DNA of 64,000 nucleotides from Candidatus Hydrogenedens sp. (GTDB lineage Bacteria; Hydrogenedentota; Hydrogenedentia; Hydrogenedentales; Hydrogenedentaceae): NCBI GenBank assembly GCA_035378955.1, contig DAOSUS010000001.1, positions 20,580 to 84,579 of the forward strand, read 5' to 3'. Shown piece by piece: positions 57,492 to 64,000 of this stretch (position 1 is its first letter; each line of letters starts with the position of its first letter). The notes under the pieces were generated by a model. It saw only the letters and a program-made list of their open reading frames with translations, ran no database searches and was not told where the DNA came from. The position numbers and the translations under genes were made by a program.

Positions 57492-58850
57492 CTATTTTAT
57501 TTTCGCCCACATTTGAGCAATAGCATTCAGGATAAGTTCCTCAATCTCTTCCTTCCATTTAGCAGGCATTTCATATTCCAATTGTGAAGTATCTCCTTCG
57601 TAGCCTCCTTCACGAATCACTCGCACAGAAGGGATATAACTCATCAGATCGTTAGAATAACCCAATACCATTGCATTCGGTTCTATCCGCTGTTTAACAG
57701 CAATAGCATAATCAACAACTACCTCTCCACCTAAGGCAATCACAGGAAAACCACCCATATTCCACACCTGTATCGGATATGGATACGAAGTTCTTAAAGG
57801 AATTCCCCGTTCCAATTTCTTCAACAAATAACGGGCAGAACGACGAATATATTCTGCTTTTTTTGTATCATCAGATATTTGTTGAAGTTCTTCTTTCGTC
57901 AAAGGCGTTTCTAACGGGAGAGTAACGGTTTCATAACTTGTTTTCAATGAAGGCGGTAATTCTTGAAGGTTATCTTCTATAGCACGAGTAACCGCTGCTG
58001 CAAGTTCCTTCCCATATTGTTGGGCTAAGGCGATTGTTCTTCGGGGTAATGGATTTATATCCGCACCACAACCCGCAACAAAAAGAGCCTTCGCTGTGGG
58101 ATATGTTTGTTCTAAATCTATCTGTGCAAACCCCGGATAATCACCACACCACTGATAACCAGACAGAACAGTCGAATGACATGCGTAACCAAATACCATA
58201 GAGCGGATAGTATCATCAATAACATTCTTAACCACAAGTATAGGCACAGAATGGTCTACAGGACCTTTATAATCATAAGTAGTTTCAATTTCCGCCTCTT
58301 TATTATTCCGCCGATTAACAGCAAACCGAACTACACCACGCCCCATAAATAGTTTTGCAGGTTCTAAATGCTCCATGGCATTAACAATAGTATCCACAAC
58401 TTTTCGTTCAAGTTCTTCTGTATATCGTTGAATTTTATCCAGATGCTCCGTGTCTTCGGAGATAATATACATAGCAATAAGCGAATCACCAACAATAGGA
58501 CCGGAATGCGTATGCGAACTGTTCAAAAGTATATCCCCGGTGTCAAGACCTGTTTTTTCTTTTACTTGTTGCTTTATCCTCTGAGACATTTCTGCGGTAA
58601 AACCAAGTATATCACTGCTAACAATTACTGCCGTTTTTCCCGGTGCATCCTGTAAAGCCAGAGCCTTTACCCACAATGGATGTATCGCCCCTTCCGCAGG
58701 ATGGTCACGCATTGCATAACCTGCCAGCCAAAGACCCGTAGGCGGTGTTATATCACATACAGCAATACCCGCTTTCCATACCTCATCAGCCGAACTGTTA
58801 AACAACCCCCCCAAAACAAACAGCAAAAACAGACAAAAAACTTTTCTCAT
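57492..58850 (-). CDS. Secreted hydrolase-like protein, possibly neutral/alkaline ceramidase-like
   Basis: Signal peptide (MRKVFCLFLLFVLGGLFNSSA). N-terminal block AGIAVCDITPPTGLWLAGYAMRDHPAEG is reminiscent of ceramidase N-domains, but the assignment is weak. Confidence 0.3.
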   Translation of the reverse strand: MRKVFCLFLLFVLGGLFNSSADEVWKAGIAVCDITPPTGLWLAGYAMRDHPAEGAIHPLWVKALALQDAPGKTAVIVSSDILGFTAEMSQRIKQQVKEKTGLDTGDILLNSSHTHSGPIVGDSLIAMYIISEDTEHLDKIQRYTEELERKVVDTIVNAMEHLEPAKLFMGRGVVRFAVNRRNNKEAEIETTYDYKGPVDHSVPILVVKNVIDDTIRSMVFGYACHSTVLSGYQWCGDYPGFAQIDLEQTYPTAKALFVAGCGADINPLPRRTIALAQQYGKELAAAVTRAIEDNLQELPPSLKTSYETVTLPLETPLTKEELQQISDDTKKAEYIRRSARYLLKKLERGIPLRTSYPYPIQVWNMGGFPVIALGGEVVVDYAIAVKQRIEPNAMVLGYSNDLMSYIPSVRVIREGGYEGDTSQLEYEMPAKWKEEIEELILNAIAQMWAKIK

Positions 58851-59017
58851 AACGCAATCCTTATTAAAAATAATCTTAAAAACATACTTGAAATCTCTGA
58901 ACAATCATAAACCACATAAGAATGATAATCAAAAATCTTTCATTATGTAAAAATAAAAAAGCAAAAAATTTTTCACCGCTACATTTCTCCTTCCGATATG
59001 GCACTTTCCTCCATTCG

Positions 59018-61021
59018 TTAATGATTAGAACCTTCTGCCATACCTTCTCCTTCGGGACAGGGTCCTGTGGATATTACGAGGGTTATTGGAGTTCCTGGTA
59101 AAACCTGTTGTCCAGCGGTTGGCGTCTGATTGACTACATTACCTTCGGGAACTGTATCACTACACTGTTGGATTAACATTTCTAAAATTAATCCAATTCC
59201 AACTAATCTGTATTCCGCTTCATTGTAATTTTTACCAACCACATTAGGGATAGAAATCATCTCTGAAAGGGGCCCACCTTGCCACCGCAAATAAGGATAA
59301 CTTACTCCTTCAACTATTCCCCATACTTTGTCAAAATCCCAGCCTTTGTATGTTGCTTGCTGTTTCATCTCCATAGTAGTCTTGCCCATTTCACCACCGC
59401 CGATATGACTTTGCCCAGATGTCTCTATATCCCAATAAGACTGCGTAACTGTTCCTATATTGCGACCTATCACACCGCCAAAAAGCGATCTATTTAAAAA
59501 GCGACCCTTAGAGAAACACTGTTGAACTATAAAATGATTGAACCCAACCACTCCACCAAAGTCCATTACAATCTCACCTTTACGGCAAAGCATAGACACA
59601 TTACACGCAGAATAACTTTGTGTAACTGTGCCTATATTATGCCCAACCAACCCACCAACTTCTTTATACCCTGATACAACACCTGTAGAATAGCATTGTG
59701 CCACTATACCACAATTCCAACCCGCTACTGTACCGACACTATTATCCCCTTTCACCCAAGCACTCTCCAATCCTAATTCTCGCACCGTTCCATCATATAA
59801 AATAATGCCAAATAAACCTGCATAGGACCTTTTTTGGCAAAGACGATTTATATAAAGGTTTCGTATAATATGTCCATGCCCATAAAACTTACCAAAAAAC
59901 GGCCCTATCGGTTTAAACCCTTTTCCTCCATCCCAATTTTCTGTCTCAGTCGCATCTATATCCGCACACAAATGATATATCCCATTCCAGGGATAATCCC
60001 AATCTCTTCCTATTTTATTCAATTCCTTTAAACTACTTATATCCTTTATAACAACAGGCGGAGGACTTTTTGTAGGTCCAAGTGCTCTTAGGAAAGGATA
60101 ACTCGCATTTTCTTCTATATTCCATACATTCTTGAAGTCCCAGTCTATATAAGTAGCCTGTTTTTTCATCTCTACTGTTGTTTTTCCTTCACCACCGGAA
60201 GAGATTTTCTGTCTCGATGTCACAATATCCCAATAACTCTTTTGAGCCAAAGAAATTTTGTCACCTCCTATCAACCCCCCAACATCATTATTAGCAAATG
60301 CATTACCTGCAGAATAACATTCTTTTACAACTCCAAAATTTTCTCCTATCAACCCCCCAACTTTTGCAGATCCCGATACATTACTTGTAGAATAACTTTG
60401 TATAACCATAACTCCATAATTATTCCCCACAAGACCACCAACATAGGATACCCCGGCAACAATTCCTGTAGAATAACATTGCTTAACTTCACCATAAAAA
60501 GTACAATCATTCTTCCCTATCAAGCCCCCAACATAAATAAAACCTACCACACTGCCAGAGAAATAGCATTGTGTAACTTTCCCAAAATTATACCCTATCA
60601 GACCACCAGCAGAATTATCCCCAAATACCCAAGTATTTTCTAAAATTAAATTGCAAATCTCTCCAGAAGATACAGCAAATAAACCAGCACACCCTTCATG
60701 GCAATTTATATACAAATTCCGTATTTCACACCCATTACCATTAAATTTTCCCGAAAATCCATACGGGAAAGTACCTATAGGTACAAAGCCTGCACCATCA
60801 TTCCAGTTTATAGTCTCACTTGCATCTATGTCCTGTATCAATTCATACTCTTCATCCAACGGATATGACGGGTCATTGCCTATGTTCTGTAGCTCATAAA
60901 TATTACTTATCTGTATTGCTCCCAAGCATAAGGAATGTAATAATAGAATTAAACCAGATAAGAACATTATGTTAAAAAGTCTACTTAATCTGTATAAAAA
61001 AGAATGATTACTATCCATCAT
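59018..61021 (-). CDS. Secreted protein with two modules of GLUG-motif repeats and a C-terminal PASTA-like domain
   Basis: Repeated ...YS(T/A)G.V.G...VGGL(I/V)G.N.G... units. Each module ends with SYWDI.TSGQ..GGG.GKTT.EMK.QATY..WDF..VW...E..SYP.LR. The C-terminus VVGKNYNEAEYRL...VVNQTPTAGQQVLPGTPITLVIS matches the PASTA consensus. Confidence 0.6.
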   Translation of the reverse strand: MMDSNHSFLYRLSRLFNIMFLSGLILLLHSLCLGAIQISNIYELQNIGNDPSYPLDEEYELIQDIDASETINWNDGAGFVPIGTFPYGFSGKFNGNGCEIRNLYINCHEGCAGLFAVSSGEICNLILENTWVFGDNSAGGLIGYNFGKVTQCYFSGSVVGFIYVGGLIGKNDCTFYGEVKQCYSTGIVAGVSYVGGLVGNNYGVMVIQSYSTSNVSGSAKVGGLIGENFGVVKECYSAGNAFANNDVGGLIGGDKISLAQKSYWDIVTSRQKISSGGEGKTTVEMKKQATYIDWDFKNVWNIEENASYPFLRALGPTKSPPPVVIKDISSLKELNKIGRDWDYPWNGIYHLCADIDATETENWDGGKGFKPIGPFFGKFYGHGHIIRNLYINRLCQKRSYAGLFGIILYDGTVRELGLESAWVKGDNSVGTVAGWNCGIVAQCYSTGVVSGYKEVGGLVGHNIGTVTQSYSACNVSMLCRKGEIVMDFGGVVGFNHFIVQQCFSKGRFLNRSLFGGVIGRNIGTVTQSYWDIETSGQSHIGGGEMGKTTMEMKQQATYKGWDFDKVWGIVEGVSYPYLRWQGGPLSEMISIPNVVGKNYNEAEYRLVGIGLILEMLIQQCSDTVPEGNVVNQTPTAGQQVLPGTPITLVISTGPCPEGEGMAEGSNH

Positions 61022-61310
61022 TTTATTTACACCTCAGAGTGCCTCCTTTCTTATTCAGCCTTCACTTGATACCCTCGGATGTTTTCAAGGGTATAAATCA
61101 TACAAAAAGATTAAACAAATAATAAGATTCGCACTTCTTTTAAGTCCTAATTATCTCATATATTTTTTACCTTCCTTTTTTACATACATTTACTGACCCG
61201 AAATTTTCATACATACTTATTTTTGGTATACCATAATAATATTCTAAAATCAAGTTTTTGCGGGATATTATTAAAATCAAAGCATTATTTTTCAAAGATA
61301 GTAGAGGCGA

Positions 61311-61346
61311 AAAATCTTTCGCCTCTACATTTTTTGTCTTTCCCTT
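61311..61346 (+). terminator. Strong intrinsic terminator-like hairpin with no annotated upstream plus-strand gene
   Basis: 12-bp stem GTAGAGGCGAAA / TTTCGCCTCTAC, 4-nt loop AATC, followed by ATTTTTTG. Confidence 0.5.
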
Positions 61347-62157
61347 TATATAGATGAAGCGTCCTGGCTTCTGGTATTTTTAGGTAGTTAAATCTTTTTA
61401 CCACAAAGAACAAAAAGTCCCTGCACAAAGTCCAAAAAGTAGAGACCGTCCCCTTTTATTATATACATCCTCTGTGTCCTTTGTATAAAATTTCTTTTGT
61501 GTCCTCTGTGGTTAATTCTTGAAACACAAATGATTCAAATAAAACAAACGAGATCTCTGAATAGAGGAAAAAAAACAAAAAATCAATAAGAAAAAACTCA
61601 ATTATTGTTTATAGAAAAGATATTTTCCTTTCTCAAAGCGATTTTCTTTTTCCAAAAACGGTATAATTATTTTACATTTTAATCTAAAAACTAAAAACCC
61701 TATTTGTTCAGAGGTCTCATATATTAATTGGTATAGGGATTTATTGGAGTTATACTAAGGAGTAGTTTATGAGTTTCCATTGGGTAAACAAGGAGAAATT
61801 TGTATATAAGTATATTATTTGGAAAAAAATAGAGATTAGGGTAATACCGAGATAATGCAAATAAAATGGCTTAATAGCCTCATGCAGAATAAAACGAGTA
61901 ATTATCTATATTGAACTTATTACCCTATGTACCAGAGATAATCCTTATCATAAAATAACTAAATAAAATTGAGCACAATCTTAGAAATAACTTGATTATC
62001 GTTAATCTATTTTTATGAACAAAAACAGAATTCATTTTGCTTTTAGTGAAAGAAAATGTTTATATTATAGTATTATCTGAACAAAAAGAAAAAATTGTAA
62101 GACTACTAACAAAAAAATATTTGTTCGTGAACAAATAGAAAATTGTGTAATTCAAAA

Positions 62158-63033
62158 ATGAGTGAGAAAAGATATCTGGATAAAGTTTTTTACAAAGATG
62201 CTAGGAGTATGGAAGAAATCCCAGACGGAGTTGTGGACTTAGTCGTAACAAGCCCTCCATATTTTAATATAAAAGACTATTCAAAAGATGGCTGGCAAAA
62301 AACTTACCATTCAAAAAAAATCTCCGGACAGATTGGAGATATTAGTGATTATGAAACTTACATTCAAGAATTGTTGAAAGTTTGGAATGAGTGTGATCGC
62401 ACACTTAAACCAAATGGGAAACTAATCATTAATGCTCCACTTATGCCAATGTTAAAACGAGAATTAAATACACACTATAACAGACATATTTTTGATATAG
62501 CAGCTGACATCCAACACTCTATATTGAAAAACATTAAAAATATGTTTTTATATGATATTTATATATGGAATAGAATTAACTGGAGTAAAAAGTTAATGTT
62601 TGGAAGTTATCCTTACCCGCGAAATTTTTATGCACAAAATACAATAGAGTTTATAACTGTATATGTAAAGGAAGGAAAACCTGATAATAACATTCCTAAA
62701 GAAATTAGAGAAAGAAGTAAACTCACAGAAAAAGAATGGGTAGAATATACCAAACAAATATGGAATATTCCAATTCCAAGCAAAAATGATCTTGCTTTTG
62801 GGAAACATCCTGCTATTATGCCAGAAGAAATTGTTAGAAGATGTGTTAAATTATTTACATATATTGGTGATGTTGTTTTAGATCCATTTGCGGGGAGTGG
62901 AACAACATTGAAAGTCGCGAAAGATTTAGGAAGACATTTTATAGGATATGAGATTTGCAAAACATATAAAGATGTAATAGATAGAAAACTTAGTCAAATT
63001 ACCTTTGAAGAATTTTTGTATGCTAAAGGTTGA
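62158..63033 (+). CDS. DNA methyltransferase, beta-class (SPPY motif; N4-cytosine or N6-adenine)
   Basis: Motif IV VDLVVTSPPYFN precedes motif I VLDPFAGSGTTLKVAKDLGRHFIGYEI (PF01555-type). The alternative start at 62143 is also possible. Confidence 0.8.
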   Translation: MSEKRYLDKVFYKDARSMEEIPDGVVDLVVTSPPYFNIKDYSKDGWQKTYHSKKISGQIGDISDYETYIQELLKVWNECDRTLKPNGKLIINAPLMPMLKRELNTHYNRHIFDIAADIQHSILKNIKNMFLYDIYIWNRINWSKKLMFGSYPYPRNFYAQNTIEFITVYVKEGKPDNNIPKEIRERSKLTEKEWVEYTKQIWNIPIPSKNDLAFGKHPAIMPEEIVRRCVKLFTYIGDVVLDPFAGSGTTLKVAKDLGRHFIGYEICKTYKDVIDRKLSQITFEEFLYAKG

Positions 63034-63808
63034 AACTAATAAACTTTATGTAATGGATTGTTTCAAATTTTTGAAATTGGTTCCTGAAGAATTTGTCGAT
63101 TTGATAATTATTGACCCACCCTACAATATGAAAAAAGATAAATGGGATAAGTTTAATTCCACTGAAGATTTTTTTAAATTTACGAACTCCTATTTGGATA
63201 TGTTAATTCCGAAGTTGAAGGTAACAGGAAGTTTTTATATTTTTAATTCTCCATTTAATTGTGCATTTATATTGAAATATCTTTTAGATAAAGGATTAAC
63301 TTTTCAAAATTGGATAACATGGGATAAAAGAGATGGTTTGTCTGCTGCTAAAAGGAAATATACAAGTAGTCAGGAAACTATATTATTCCTTACAAGGTCC
63401 CATAAATACACTTTTAATGTAGACGATGTTAGAATTCCTTATGACTCTCTTGAGAGGATAGAACATGCTAAAAAAAAAGGCATACTTAAAAATGATAAAA
63501 GGTGGTATCCTCATCCTAAAGGTAAACTTTGTACGGATGTATGGCATTTTTCAAGTGAGAGACATAAAAATAAAATAAACGGCAAAACTCCTAAATTACC
63601 CCATGCAACCCCTAAACCTCTTGACTTAATTGAAAGAATAATTAAAGCAAGTAGTAATCCGGGAGATTTAGTATTAGATTGTTTTGTCGGTATAGGGACA
63701 ACTGCCGTTGCTGCAAAAGGGTTAGGACGAAACTTTATTGGTTGCGATATTAATCCTGAATACATAAAAATTGCTAATCAAAGGTTAAAAATGATAAAGA
63801 ATGAATAA
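63005..63808 (+). CDS. DNA methyltransferase, beta-class (DPPY motif; probably N6-adenine)
   Basis: DLIIIDPPYNM then VLDCFVGIGTTAVAAKGLGRNFIGCDI. Overlaps the first MTase by about 29 nt and is adjacent to it. Confidence 0.8.
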   Translation: MKNFCMLKVETNKLYVMDCFKFLKLVPEEFVDLIIIDPPYNMKKDKWDKFNSTEDFFKFTNSYLDMLIPKLKVTGSFYIFNSPFNCAFILKYLLDKGLTFQNWITWDKRDGLSAAKRKYTSSQETILFLTRSHKYTFNVDDVRIPYDSLERIEHAKKKGILKNDKRWYPHPKGKLCTDVWHFSSERHKNKINGKTPKLPHATPKPLDLIERIIKASSNPGDLVLDCFVGIGTTAVAAKGLGRNFIGCDINPEYIKIANQRLKMIKNE

Positions 63809-64000
63809 CAAATTTTTTTATTATTTAAAACAACGTATTACAAGACATGACTACAGAGGTTACCATCTTTCTCAACACAATAGATTACCATTTGAAAAAG
63901 TTTGCTATCTATTAGAGACAATCTATAACAACATCAAAAATAAAAAAATTAAGATACATGTTGGCGACTGGAAGGGGATTAAACAAGACTGTAGTGAATA

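Noticed and set aside
57363-57587. 74-aa ORF (MSHVSHSPIRPTVPSVPFVP...)
   Set aside because: It is a translation of the GTCCCAYNN tandem repeat, so it is a periodic artefact. It also overlaps the 3' end of the convergent hydrolase gene.
4008-60899. Many 60-135 aa ORFs nested antisense or out of frame inside the large genes (for example 4008-4214, 17667-18479, 21244-21754, 24382-24810, 32251-33375, 41025-42318, 48672-49386, 50458-51315, 56037-57140, 59279-60899)
   Set aside because: All are fully contained in longer ORFs with clear family signatures. None has an independent start context or motif, so these are chance shadow ORFs.
61769-61915. Micro-ORFs of 28 aa and 19 aa in the gene-free stretch as real genes
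   Set aside because: They are too short to call as features. The first is mentioned in the findings only because of its strong AAGGAG spacing.
1-64000. tRNA, rRNA, transposase or integrase genes
   Set aside because: Scanning for tRNA-like T-arm motifs (GGTTCGAATCC-type) found only an in-frame match inside a CDS. No ORF shows DDE or tyrosine-recombinase signatures.

Overview
This 64 kb window is a bacterial chromosomal segment with a compact coding layout and roughly 40% GC. It comes from a diderm, LPS-producing organism (lpxA and lpxB, an AsmA/TamB-like protein, a SurA-like chaperone, ExbB/ExbD). The organism is probably an anaerobe, because a complete hdrCBA-mvhDGA heterodisulfide-reductase/[NiFe]-hydrogenase operon is present. 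I cannot assign a phylum from sequence alone. I found no rRNA, tRNA, CRISPR array or transposase.

Gene content, in order along the window:
- 1-3325: an Opp/Dpp-type ABC transporter. The ORF track misses a partial oppC with a GTG start that runs off the window start.
- 3415-8858: a cell-envelope block with an SDR epimerase, an M23 peptidase and a SurA-like parvulin.
- 9253-16368: an exbB-exbD-TPR-VWA-GHMP kinase operon with an unusual architecture.
- 16351-24974: a convergent DegT aminotransferase, then rho, polA, and an lpxA - Gfo/Idh/MocA (GnnA-like) - lpxB cluster.
- 25013-29135: a PLD-family protein and a sodium:solute symporter with small membrane proteins.
- 29136-36890: an AT-rich island that looks horizontally acquired and carries the hdrCBA-mvhDGA operon. 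Its upstream region holds direct-repeat arrays, a 20-bp perfect palindrome and a ~100-bp repeat element. A second, degenerate copy of that element lies at about 61.4 kb.
- 36887-63808: a giant AsmA/TamB-like protein; a hybrid PAS histidine kinase; a PtsN-like EIIA; a TMTC-like membrane TPR protein; a PIG-L deacetylase; dnaN without an adjacent dnaA but with an AT-rich upstream region carrying DnaA-box-like motifs; a GspE/PilB ATPase; a NodU/CmcH carbamoyltransferase followed by a small membrane protein; a thiolase; an S41 peptidase; a Sel1-repeat protein; a GC-rich 8-9 bp tandem repeat; a secreted GLUG-repeat/PASTA protein; a 1.1 kb non-coding AT-rich stretch with an orphan intrinsic terminator; and two adjacent beta-class DNA methyltransferases with no restriction enzyme visible before the window ends.

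The most promising candidates for undescribed biology are:
- the ExbBD motor coupled to a TonB-like VWA-domain protein and a translationally coupled GHMP kinase;
- the hdr-mvh island with its repeat-decorated regulatory region;
- the dispersed repeat family;
- the orphan two-methyltransferase locus.
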